Notes under the pieces: model-generated
Told to the model about the DNA's origin: nothing
Databases searched by the model: none
Seen by the model: only the letters and a program-made list of their open reading frames with translations
Source: Amphiscolops sp. MND2022
Taxonomy: Eukaryota
DNA length: 64,000 bases
Direction of reading: 5' to 3'
Assembly: GCA_964187785.1 (NCBI GenBank)
Contig: OZ076411.1
Span: forward strand, 15,376,001 to 15,440,000
In this document: positions 25,200 through 38,152 of the stretch, one piece after another
Numbering within the stretch: position 1 is the first letter of the stretch
Layout of the letters: each line of letters opens with the position of its first letter
Position numbers and translations under genes: made by a program

Positions 25200-26630
25200 A
25201 GCTCTAGTTGCATAAATACGTATAGAGTCAAGAGGGCTGTCATCAAGAGAGCTAAAATTACAATTGTTTTTGAAAAGTTCCAAAATACTGTCCATTTGCT
25301 CATTTGTCAACTCCGGAGAAGACAACATTACCAAAAAATTGCCGACCTATCAAATCTTCCATTCGCACAGAGTTTTTGAGGGCAAACTTTCGGACACTTG
25401 TGAGCATTATGGGCCATGTCCAAATTGTTTAAGATTTGTCCAAACAAACTGTTTAAGAACTAACTGTGTATCTTTTCCTGAATGTAAGTAAAACGTTTCA
25501 TGCTCAACACTCTCTGTAGAAACTTTATCAAAAACCCTATTTTCCGACAAGAAAAAGTATTCAAACCAGCAAAGGAAGCAATAAGCTTGAGCATTTTGTA
25601 AGAAGCTGTCGAATAGTTTTCTCTGAAGGGTTTCATAGATCTTGTATTCAAGACAGCTGGAGCAAAACGATCAGCAAATGGACTGAAAATCCTACCTGCG
25701 GTATGCTCTGGTAAATGTTTATATTGCTTATTGATTTTAACACTGTGATCCCTACAAGTTAACAAAAATACTCCGCTATCGTTCACTAATAAAGATGGGT
25801 GTTTAGATGGAGACTGAACATCGTTGGGAAAGAGTGCATCGTGCTGTGTAAAAATTCGTTCCGCTGGGAATTGAATTGATTTAAAGACGGGAAAATCTTT
25901 CCAAGGCAATGAACAAAGTCGATGGTCTTGTACTCGTCAATAAAATCTTCGCATCCTACAGGACATTTTATGCACGGGAAATATTCTCGGTCGACGTTTT
26001 CTATCATATCTTTAAGCTTCCATGTTATTTTGAACTGATTGAAGGACTCGATCCGCTTAGACATATCAAAAAATACAGGCTTCGTAACTAAGTCGATGTT
26101 TTTAAATGTTTCCACATTGCACGCTGTTCTATTGAGCCAACTAATCTTCATTTCAACAGGCAAAAATTTCCAAAAAGTTGTCGTTTGATCTTTCAGCAGT
26201 TGCCAGAATACAGATGGCCAAGCAAATTTGAAGTAACGAGTGTGTTTGAATTGTGGCGACAGTGGATTTAAATAGTCGTTACAGATATGACAGTGTAACC
26301 CGATCAGAATTTAAAGAGGGAGTAAAATGACGTCGCATGAGGGTATTCGATTGAATAGTTGTAAAATGTAAGGGATAAAACAAAGTGCTAGTTCGAAAAC
26401 AACAGGAACACGTTTCATCTTCTGGGCAAAGGTCTTTCATAGTTAATTCATTTTCCGGGGTAGATGGTAAAACAGAAACTTTGAATATATCGCCATTAAA
26501 TTGTTCAGTCTCATCGCAACTGGAACGTCTGTTACCTTTTGTGATACTTCCGCATATCGTACAATTGTTCAACATTCTTCGTTTGAGAGGCATTAATGAC
26601 TTCAAAGAGTGCGTTTGGTTTGAATACCAG
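25200..26630 (-). pseudogene. Decayed Cys-rich ORF, probably transposon-derived; family not identified
   Basis: ORFs 26279-26605, 25786-26163 and 25460-25909 read as one protein broken by stops and frameshifts (CTICG, CSCC, PCIKCPVGC, LTCRDH). Its upstream part is repeated in each tandem unit. Confidence 0.5.
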
Positions 26631-27118
26631 TATCAAAGCAACCCGGAACGACAAGTCGATAATGTTTATGTTGAAACCCAAAATGATGCATTACTCATAT
26701 TCAATTCGACAAAGACGCAGAATACCGTTTTGAACTCAAAAAATCGCTAACGTCGCATTGAATGACACTATAGTTTACAATTAGAAACAATATTGAGGAA
26801 TTAAAATTGTATTGAAAACAGAAAATAGTGAAGAAGAAGCAATATTACAACAAAGCTAACAGACAAATTTTCGACAAAATAAAGAGAACAATCACGTTTT
26901 GAATTGAATTCATACTTTGAGCTTTGTAGACAACTCCAAACTCGCCTCTATACAAATTCGCCCCGACCTTTTCATAATATATAAGGTCTAAAAAATGAAA
27001 AGCTTTTAACCTAGAAGACTGGACGGGCAAGGGCGACTTGCTGAGGCATGATTAGCCCGTACAACACGTATCCTGTTGCTGTCACCATCAAAAAGAACAT
27101 AGAAAAGATCTCGTTGTA

Positions 27119-28547
27119 GACCCAAACAACTGCGACCTCCATCTGGACCGCTGATATGGATCTCGCCTATCATGCTTACCAACTTCCACCTTTATTACCT
27201 CAAAGAATACGTACGAATGACTGACCCTAATGGAGCCCGTGTCTTGAGCTTACTGGACGAAACAAAAATCACTAAAGAGGTTGCGCTTGAGATTGTGAAA
27301 ATAATTTCTGAACACTGTCATTTCCTTACGAGCTGGAATCAAATTCCTCGTGATTCAGCTACTCTGCGAGTAGTTCCAACTAAACAAGCTGAACGTAAAT
27401 TAATAAAAGAACATATTGCTTCAATTGAGAGATCTGGTATTCCGAACGTTACCCTCAAAAGTTGCGACGAGATTTCTAGAAGAGGTCAAAACGTTTGGAC
27501 CAAAATTACCGATGCATTGATAACGACTTATTTGAATAGACAATGTTTGGAACCAGAATCTTTATTTCTTTACGAGGGCGCACCGATGCGACTAACACGA
27601 AATGATACCAGATTGAATTTGTGTCAGGGACAACTTTGTGTAATTCAAAAACTTCCAGAGCTCAACGATTTGCATGTTTGCTTGCTTGTAGCCCCACCAT
27701 GTGTCAGAGACTTGCCTCCTGTAGGAGTTGGGGGAACTAGAGATTTCCTTTCGCATGGTTGGCGTTCTCTAAAAGTTAAAAAAGTAGACGGTATGCCACA
27801 CAAGTATAAAGATAATTTTAGTGTGAGACGCATTCATTTTCCTCTGAAGCCGTTTGAAGCTTCAACTATACACAAGTGTATAGGAGATGATGTGCCGTTA
27901 CTTGCCACACAAATAACAACTACTGACCCAAACGAAAAAAAAAGATGTTTAAACTTTGGGAACGTAATCAATTGCTTGTTCTGTTGAGTCGAGTACAGAA
28001 GCTGGAACATTTAACTTTCGTCGGAAACAAAGCTCTCACATTGAAGAAAATTGAAAATATATGCTACACTGTAAACCAATGGGATTTTTTCATTGACTCA
28101 TTTGTTGAACAACTTGGAAAGGCTAATGAAAGTAACAATGTTTTGTCAATTCCGCAGTCTGAACATGTCTTCCCAATTTCACGCCAGTACATAGCGGACG
28201 ACAATTGCAGCGCAGTCTACGCATGCCTCTCTCTCAGGGATGGTTCAATAGAGATTGACTGTTGTACCAACGTGAAGCTGGTTTTACAGCAAATGAATAG
28301 TTTCGCCAGCAACTTACATGCAACAATCATGGCGAGAAACCCATGTGCGTTGCTATGTGCTGCATTCTTCCCCTCAGCCGATGGCATAGATGCGTCACTT
28401 TTGGAACTCCAGTCACAGTGGTTGAGAGTGGCAAAAGAAAATCAAGTATTGAGTCCACGTTTCCTGTGCCAAAAGTTTCAAAATGAAGCAAGCATCAATA
28501 CACACTTCTATGATTCAGTTCATTTTGTTTCATTTATTGAAACATGA
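27119..28547 (+). pseudogene. PIF1-family helicase, C-terminal half (Helitron-like relic), copy 1
   Basis: Motif III remnant DPKQLRPP (frameshifted), LKEYVRMTD, YEGAPMRLTRN..LNLCQG, RRIHFPLKPFEASTIHKCIG and VLLSRVQKL. Walker A/B are absent (5' truncated). Confidence 0.82.
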
Positions 28548-30926
28548 AGAGCTCGTTACGTTCTTGTTTAGCAGTGATTTCATTACTCATTCCAGCAATA
28601 GTTTCAATGTACGTTTTATCGCCAGTTATTATTCTCCGCATTCCTTAACAGTTACACTGTAATTTTCAACAGTTGTGAATTTTGAGCCAAGAATGCCGAC
28701 AGATATTCGTGCACTCATTGCTGCTCGACGCGAGGTTAAATGTGCTAATCTCTGAAGAAGGGTGATTATCACTGGACATTGCCAAATACAGAGCACTCCT
28801 ATCTGGACTGGTTTGAGTGTATAGTAGTGTTGACGTTAATGTAGGATGGTTATTTCCCGTTTCAGGATCGGAAACGACATTCGGAACGTTGTCGTTGTGT
28901 TTTCCGAATGATGTGGAAATTAGTGGAAATGTTTCTCATTTCGATTGCGCAATTGACTTCTTTGGTACAGTGTTTTGTAATTATCCATGTGAGATTCTAG
29001 CTATTCTAGTAACATTTAACCGGCAGGGGATCGCCCACAACACTTACAGTCCAGTAACCTACGTAGACTTCTACAACGAAACAGAAGAATATTTTCCCCA
29101 GATTTCACTCAGCGGTAATCTTAAATTCTAACTTAGAATATTTTCACAGATTTCACTCATCGGTTATCTGAAGTTTTAACTTAGAATGTTTTCTTTCAGA
29201 GCTACCTAGAATTTACGAGGTTGACGTTACACGGATTCCCCCTAACTAATAAAATGATTTTGTCTTATAAATTTGTTCACCCAAAAGTCTTGATGCTATT
29301 CACTTTAAAATTGAAGAGACACGAAAAACCAATGCCTCCGTTTAAAATAGTACGGAATTGTAAACTGTATTTTGATAAATCTCCTGAACTGAAAAGAAAG
29401 TGCGTTTATTCCATTGACGCTAAATTTCCCTAATATACTGCACTAAATTTAAATAAGTAAAGTTTTATTACTTCGATGAAAATGAATAAATCTTTTGCTC
29501 TGAGGCGACTGACGAATGTAAAAGTGAAATAAATACTGCTATGCCTATAAAATTTTGCTCTGTATTTCTGTCTTGTCGCTTATTGTAATTCAACATATTT
29601 TTTCCCATACTTCTCTCCTTTTCAGATAGTTCTTTTACATACACTGCCTTGCACTCACTCACGCAACTTCCTTTGTCCGCACGTACACGCAAGGCACTTT
29701 TCAGGATAACACCGAGTAAGCTATTGAGACTTTCTTACTCATACCTAATCAATAAGGGAACGGTCAATAGTAGTATTTTGCAAAATGCCACAGAAGACGA
29801 ACTGACTATTACTGATAACAAGTGAGCAGTCCCTTGAAATGAGAAAACAGGAAAGAGTAAATAGCAAAATTTATCCATGCGTGCGACAAATTGGTGCGAC
29901 CAGTGAGGCATCTTTCTCTCTTTTAGTAGAGAAGTAATTGAGCTATCTGTTAGAATCCTTACTCTCAGAGGTTAGGGTTAACAACCTATTTCTCTTGATC
30001 TTATTTCTGATTTTCTTTTTTCTCCTACTGCCCCAATATGTGGCTTCTTTGGTCTATATAAATCATAGAACTGCTAGTAAATACTCCAATAGAATCTCTC
30101 CAGCTTAACAGCTTTTGGAAGAGACTGTGCACTACGCAACTTAGTTCTCTCAATCCCCAAAACGGTTAGAGCTGATTTACTTTTACGGAAATGCTAGACT
30201 ACATTCGGTCCTAAACGAGAATGAAACTGCTTTCTAACACGGAATTTAAACTTACAGTTGCGAAAATTCGCTCAAATCCAGACGGACACTTAGAAAAAGC
30301 CCGCCTAGGTCTCCTCGGAAGCTGATTGAAGGCCGTGAGCCCAGTGGGTGTCCTTGAACCTGTGTAGCATTCCAAGGTGGAAACCTAGAATTCCAAGAAT
30401 TCTAGTGATAGTACCCTAGTGTTTGCATGATAGTGATCTTGGCCCCGCGCTACTTGATCCTGAGGACGAGAGTGACTCCCTCTGTTTGTTTGTTGTATTA
30501 CTTTTACAAAACCCATTGAAAGGCTAGACTAGCGAATTGAAGACCTTTTGGACCGACTGTACTCTCCATATTTTTTCTTTGGGTTAATTCGGAGGATTGG
30601 TATTACCCGAACTGCCCTTTCTGTTAATCATTTAAATTTAGCGGGATTTGTAAGTATCCCCTATTTTTTGGGATTGAAGTATTAAACCCGGAGGACTAAC
30701 GTCTCCTAAGCTGAGAGGTGGGATCTTCAAAAATTTTTTTGCATACTACTGAGTATATGCAAAATCAGACCTGCCTAATTCTTATCATCTTTAGAACTCT
30801 TGCAAGAGCGTCTTCTACATTAATCCTTTGTGGTTATTCACAGAGACCGGGAGTATCCTATCTAATAAAATCTTTAATTTATTATTCGTTGCTACAATTT
30901 TTTTCTAATAATTTCAACAGCTCACA

Positions 30927-32384
30927 ATGGCTGGCAAAATTACTTGGCTTATCCAGACCTCGGCAGAGACCAATTCACAGGAACAGACCCAGATCAAGAT
31001 CCTGAACAATTTATACAGCTAATTGAAAAGAAGTCCCGATTTTCCCATGGCGATACCCCAGCGAACGGAGCAGCACTTGACGACTACAACTTCAAAAGAA
31101 AATCCTACTTCACTACACTACTAAGAGGACCCGCAGCGGAGTGGTTCGAGACCAGCATCACAGACGCTAACACTTGGGCAGAAATCAGAGAAAGGTTCAT
31201 CACACGTTTCGCAGATGGCAGAAACAAATTGAGGCACAGAATGGAAGCAGAACATGTCACCAGACGAGATGGAGAAGAGATCAAGAATTTCCTACACAGA
31301 ATCAAAATTGTTGTGGGGAAAGGCTGGCCAGATGATCTTGCTGGCGTTGCACCAAACGACAGAAATGCAGAAAGAGTAGCGCAAGACAGACAAAGAAGAC
31401 AAAGGTGCATCGACTACTCTGTGAGAGGCCTAAGACCTCCAAAGCTGAGAGAAAAGGCACACGAATATCTAATGGACCACCCGAATGCAACCTGGGAGCT
31501 ATTCTCACAAGCAGTAATAAACATAGACCTTTCCTACAATGTAACTACCGCCCTAACTGGCGGAGAATCACACGCAAACCCACTCATACAAGAAATGCGA
31601 GACGACCTAAAGGGAATTAAACTACAAATCAAAGAACAGATGAATAACACGATCAACGCAGTAGAGAAAACAGTAGACCCTAATGCCACAGGACGAAGAA
31701 TGGCCACACGATTCTGCGGGTACTGCCGAACAAATGGGCACACATCTATCTGGTGCAGAAAGAAGATGAGAGACGAAGAAGTCAAGAAGGTTCAAAACGA
31801 AACTAACACAGAGAGAAAAATAACGTTCACCAGCGATTACAACAAAAGAACAGGACCTGGACATGGCTCAAGATTTCAGCCAAGATTACCCGATTCAGAG
31901 ATCTGAAAACATATGGCTGTGGCACACCAACTGGCGCTCGCAGGAGCTTTGCAAGCAACCCCCACTTGGGACCGATTTGATAAAACACAGAACAGAAACT
32001 TTAACTCTGAACGCAGAACTATGAATACGAGGTTTGACTCTTAATAACTCCAGATTTTCACAAGAGGGGAGAAGACTTTTTTCCTAAAACCCTAACAATT
32101 CTAGGAGTATCTCTCCAGGACCACAGAGAGCAAGGTCTCCATTTGCCCCCAATAGAGGCCAGTCTAGTTCGTTCAACCGCAACATACAACCCCTTCCACC
32201 AAGGAACAACTCAGTTTTTCAGAGACAACAACAAAACAGAAACGAAAGACCCAGCACCCCTACTCAGTCTTACGAGCAAAGATTTCCAAAGACTAAGGAA
32301 ATGGGAAGATCCAACACAGTACAATTCTTAGAAACTGACTACTCGGTGAACTCGGTAGCCGACTTTCGTCCTTTAAACTACTAA
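30927..32384 (+). pseudogene. Gypsy gag, copy 1 (frameshifts and premature stop)
   Basis: Capsid-like helical region with a CX2CX4HX4C knuckle (CGYCRTNGHTSIWC); premature TGA at 31904. Confidence 0.9.
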
Positions 32385-33068
32385 GGTCTCCGAAAAATAA
32401 AAATACCAGCAGTGCCCCGCTAAAATTTAGTCTTAATCTTTTTTATTTTGCTGCCGGAGACTCACAAAAAGATAGTGGCTTGGAAATGGAATTTCTACTT
32501 GACACTGGGGCAACATCTTCAATCATCAACTATAGAACTTTTAGAGAACTTTTCCAATTCCAACAAGACCTCAAACTCAGCAGGAGCAACAACACAACAC
32601 GGAACTACTATGGTCAAATCATCCCTATGATGGGATACATTTCACTACGACTCTACTATGATTCCGACGGCCAACATAACTTCCCTCTGACAGTCTGGAT
32701 CACAGAGATGAAGACACAGAACCTTCTTGGAATGAACTTCTGCCAAGAGCAGATCAACAAAATACATTTCGACCTCCCCGGCATAGAGCTCAAGAGACCT
32801 CTAAATACCTTCTGCTATGGTAGCCTTCAATTAAACAAAGTATACCCCTATGTTTCGCAAATATTAACAGTCAAAATCCCTCACTCCATGTACATTGAAC
32901 TGAAAACAACAAGATGCTACAAATTTGCCTCCGAAAACGCGAATTCCTTTTCTCCCGGATCTACATTCCTTCCAAACAGAAAGGCAGTTTCTACAAGACC
33001 CAACTTCATAAATGTCCTCTGTACACAGTTCGAGAAGACTTTGCCAATTGTCAAGGAAAACAACAAGG
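32372..33068 (+). pseudogene. Gypsy pol fragment (aspartic protease), truncated at the unit junction, copy 1
   Basis: FLLDTGATSSII and LLGMNF motifs; begins at the TTTAAAC slip site. Confidence 0.9.
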
Positions 33069-34345
33069 CAAAAATTTCCAAAAAGTTGTCGTTTGATCTT
33101 CCAGCAGTTGCCAGAATACAGATGGCCAAGCAAATTTGAAGTAACGAGTGTGTTTGAATTGTGGCGACAGTGGATTTAAATAGTCGTTACAGATATGACA
33201 GTGTAACCCGATCAGAATTTAAAGAGGGAGTAAAATGACGTCACATGAGGGTATTCGATTGAATAGTTGTAAAATGTAAGGGATAAAACAGAGTGCTAGT
33301 TCGAAAACAACAGGAACACGTTTCATCTTCTGGGCAAAGGTCTTTCATAGTTAATTCATTTTCCGGGGTAGATGGTAAAACAGAAATTTTGAATATATCG
33401 CCATTAAATTGTTCAGTCTCATCGCAACGGGAACGTCTGTTACCTTTTGTGATACTTCCGCATATCGTACAATTGTTCAACATTCTTCGTTTGAGAGGCA
33501 TTATTGACTTCAAAGAGTGCCTTTGGTTTGAATACCAGTATCAAAGCAACCCGGAACGACAAGTCGATAATGTTTATGTTGAAACCCAAAATGATGCATT
33601 ACTCATATTCAATTCGACAAAAGACGCAGATTACCGTTTTGAACTCAAAAAATCGCTAACGTCGCATTGAATGACACTATAGTTTACAATTAGAAACAAT
33701 ATTGAGGAATTAAAATTGTATTGAAAACATAAAATAGTGAAGAAGAAGCAATATTACAACAAAGCTAACAGACAAATTTTCGACAAAATAAAGAGAACAA
33801 TCACGTTTTGAATTGAATTCATACTTTGAGCTTTGTAGACAACTCCAAACTCGCCTCTATACAAATTCGCCCCGACCTTTTCATAATATATAAGGTTTAA
33901 AAAATGAAAAGCTTTTAACCTAGAAGACTGGACGGGCAAGGGCGACTTGCAGAGGCATGATTAGCCCGTACAACACGTATCCTGTTGCTGTCACCATCAA
34001 AAAGAACATAGAAAAGATCTCGTTGAGGAATTAAAATTGTATTGAAAACATAAAATAGTGAAGAAGCAATATTACAACAAAGCTAACAGACAAATTTTCG
34101 ACAAAATAAAGAGAACAATCACGTTTTGAATTGAATTCATACTTTGAGCTTTGTAGACAACTCCAAACTCGCCTCTATACAAATTCGCCCCGACCTTTTC
34201 ATAATATATAAGGTCTAAAAAATGAAAAGCTTTTAACCTAGAAGACTGGACGGGCAAGGGCGACTTGCAGAGGCATGATTAGCCCGTACAACACGTATCC
34301 TGTTGCTGTCACCATCAAAAAGAACATAGAAAAGATCTCGTTGTA

Positions 34346-35773
34346 GACCCAAACAACTGCGACCTCCATCTGGACCGCTGATATGGATCTCGCCTATCAT
34401 GCTTACCAACTTCCACCTTTATTACCTCAAAGAATACGTACGAATGACTGACCCTAATGGAGCCCGTGTCTTGAGCTTACTGGACGAAACAAAAATCACT
34501 AAAGAGGTTGCGCTTGAGATTGTGAAAATAATTTCTGAACACTGTCATTTCCTTACGAGCTGGAATCAAATTCCTCGTGATTCAGCTACTCTGCGAGTAG
34601 TTCCAACTAAACAAGCTGAACGTAAATTAATAAAAGAACATATTGCTTCAATTGAGAGATCTGGTATTCCGAACGTTACCCTCAAAAGTTGCGACGAGAT
34701 TTCTAGAAGAGGTCAAAACGTTTGGACCAAAATTACCGATGCATTGATAACGACTTATTTGAATAGACAATGTTTGGAACCAGAATCTTTATTTCTTTAC
34801 GAGGGCGCACCGATGCGACTAACACGAAATGATACCAGATTGAATTTGTGTCAGGGACAACTTTGTGTAATTCAAAAACTTCCAGAGCTCAACGATTTGC
34901 ATGTTTGCTTGCTTGTAGCCCCACCATGTGTCAGAGACTTGCCTCCTGTAGGAGTTGGGGGAACTAGAGATTTCCTTTCGCATGGTTGGCGTTCTCTAAA
35001 AGTTAAAAAAGTAGACGGTATGCCACACAAGTATAAAGATAATTTTAGTGTGAGACGCATTCATTTTCCTCTGAAGCCGTTTGAAGCTTCAACTATACAC
35101 AAGTGTATAGGAGATGATGTGCCGTTACTTGCCACACAAATAACAACTACTGACCCAAACGAAAAAAAAGATGTTTAAACTTTGGGAACGTAATCAATTG
35201 CTTGTTCTGTTGAGTCGAGTACAGAAGCTGGAACATTTAACTTTCGTCGGAAACAAAGCTCTCACATTGAAGACAATTGAAAATATATGCTACACTGTAA
35301 ACCAATGGGATTTTTTCATTGACTCATTTGTTGAACAACTTGGAAAGGCTAATGAAAGTAACAATGTTTTGTCAATTCCGCAGTCTGAACATGTCTTCCC
35401 AATTTCACGCCAGTACATAGCGGACGACAATTGCAGCGCAGTCTACGCATGCCTCTCTCTCAGGGATGGTTCAATAGAGATTGACTGTTGTACCAACGTG
35501 AAGCTGGTTTTACAGCAAATGAATAGTTTCGCCAGCAACTTACATGCAACAATCATGGCGAGAAACCCATGTGCGTTGCTATGTGCTGCATTCTTCCCCT
35601 CAGCCGATGGCATAGATGCGTCACTTTTGGAACTCCAGTCACAGTGGTTGAGAGTGGCAAAAGAAAATCAAGTATTGAGTCCACGTTTCCTGTGCCAAAA
35701 GTTTCAAAATGAAGCAAGCATCAATACACACTTCTATGATTCAGTTCATTTTGTTTCATTTATTGAAACATGA
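34346..35773 (+). pseudogene. PIF1-family helicase relic, copy 2
   Basis: Same motifs as copy 1. Confidence 0.82.
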
Positions 35774-38152
35774 AGAGCTCGTTACGTTCTTGTTTAGCAG
35801 TGATTTCATTACTCATTCCAGCAATAGTTTCAATGTACGTTTTATCGCCAGTTATTATTCTCCGCATTCCTTAACAGTTACACTGTAATTTTCAACAGTT
35901 GTGAATTTTGAGCCAAGAATGCCGACAGATATTCGTGCACTCATTGCTGCTCGACGCGAGGTTAAATGTGCTAATCTCTGAAGAAGGGTGATTATCACTG
36001 GACATTGCCAAATACAGAGCACTCCTATCTGGACTGGTTTGAGTGTATAGTAGTGTTGACGTTAATGTAGGATGGTTATTTCCCGTTTCAGGATCGGAAA
36101 CGACATTCGGAACGTTGTCGTTGTGTTTTCCGAATGATGTGGAAATTAGTGGAAATGTTTCTCATTTCGATTGCGCAATTGACTTCTTTGGTACAGTGTT
36201 TTGTAATTATCCATGTGAGATTCTAGCTATTCTAGTAACATTTAACCGGCAGGGGATCGCCCACAACACTTACAGTCCAGTAACCTACGTAGACTTCTAC
36301 AACGAAACAGAAGAATATTTTCCCCAGATTTCACTCAGCGGTAATCTTAAATTCTAACTTAGAATATTTTCACAGATTTCACTCATCGGTTATCTGAAGT
36401 TTTAACTTAGAATGTTTTCTTTCAGAGCTACCTAGAATTTACGAGGTTGACGTTACACGGATTCCCCCTAACTAATAAAATGATTTTGTCTTATAAATTT
36501 GTTCACCCAAAAGTCTTGATGCTATTCACTTTAAAATTGAAGAGACACGAAAAACCAATGCCTCCGTTTAAAATAGTACGGAATTGTAAACTGTATTTTG
36601 ATAAATCTCCTGAACTGAAAAGAAAGTGCGTTTATTCCATTGACGCTAAATTTCCCTAATATACTGCACTAAATTTAAATAAGTAAAGTTTTATTACTTC
36701 GATGAAAATGAATAAATCTTTTGCTCTGAGGCGACTGACGAATGTAAAAGTGAAATAAATACTGCTATGCCTATAAAATTTTGCTCTGTATTTCTGTCTT
36801 GTCGCTTATTGTAATTCAACATATTTTTTCCCATACTTCTCTCTTTTTCAGATAGTTCTTTTACATACACTGCCTTGCACTCACTCACGCAACTTCCTTT
36901 GTCCGCACGTACACGCAAGGCACTTTTCAGGATAACACCGAGTAAGCTATTGAGACTTTCTTACTCATACCTAATCAATAAGGGAACGGTCAATAGTAGT
37001 ATTTTGCAAAATGCCACAGAAGACGAACTGACTATTACTGATAACAAGTGAGCAGTCCCTTGAAATGAGAAAACAGGAAAGAGTAAATAGCAAAATTTAT
37101 CCATGCGTGCGACAAATTGGTGCGACCAGTGAGGCATCTTTCTCTCTTTTAGTAGAGAAGTAATTGAGCTATCTGTTAGAATCCTTACTCTCAGAGGTTA
37201 GGGTTAACAACCTATTTCTCTTGATCTTATTTCTGATTTTCTTTTTTCTCCTACTGCCCCAATATGTGGCTTCTTTGGTCTATATAAATCATAGAACTGC
37301 TAGTAAATACTCCAATAGAATCTCTCCAGCTTAACAGCTTTTGGAAGAGACTGTGCACTACGCAACTTAGTTCTCTCAATCCCCAAAACGGTTAGAGCTG
37401 ATTTACTTTTACGGAAATGCTAGACTACATTCGGTCCTAAACGAGAATGAAACTGCTTTCTAACACGGAATTTAAACTTACAGTTGCGAAAATTCGCTCA
37501 AATCCAGACGGACACTTAGAAAAAGCCCGCCTAGGTCTCCTCGGAAGCTGATTGAAGGCCGTGAGCCCAGTGGGTGTCCTTGAACCTGTGTAGCATTCCA
37601 AGGTGGAAACCTAGAATTCCAAGAATTCTAGTGATAGTACCCTAGTGTTTGCATGATAGTGATCTTGGCCCCGCGCTACTTGATCCTGAGGACGAGAGTG
37701 ACTCCCTCTGTTTGTTTGTTGTATTACTTTTACAAAACCCATTGAAAGGCTAGACTAGCGAATTGAAGACCTTTTGGACCGACTGTACTCTCCATATTTT
37801 TTCTTTGGGTTAATTCGGAGGATTGGTATTACCCGAACTGCCCTTTCTGTTAATCATTTAAATTTAGCGGGATTTGTAAGTATCCCCTATTTTTTGGGAT
37901 TGAAGTATTAAACCCGGAGGACTAACGTCTCCTAAGCTGAGAGGTGGGATCTTCAAAAATTTTTTTGCATACTACTGAGTATATGCAAAATCAGACCTGC
38001 CTAATTCTTATCATCTTTAGAACTCTTGCAAGAGCGTCTTCTACATTAATCCTTTGTGGTTATTCACAGAGACCGGGAGTATCCTATCTAATAAAATCTT
38101 TAATTTATTATTCGTTGCTACAATTTTTTTCTAATAATTTCAACAGCTCACA

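Larger units (their letters stand above)
26161..33068 (+). repeat. Chimeric tandem unit 1 (6908 bp)
   Basis: The junction caacaag|gcaaaaatttcc recurs at 33069, 40295 and 47821. Confidence 0.95.

Noticed and set aside
28817-29131. 104-aa ORF repeated in the units
   Set aside because: It runs across the rearrangement junction into the 49-bp repeat and has no motif; retention reflects recent duplication only.
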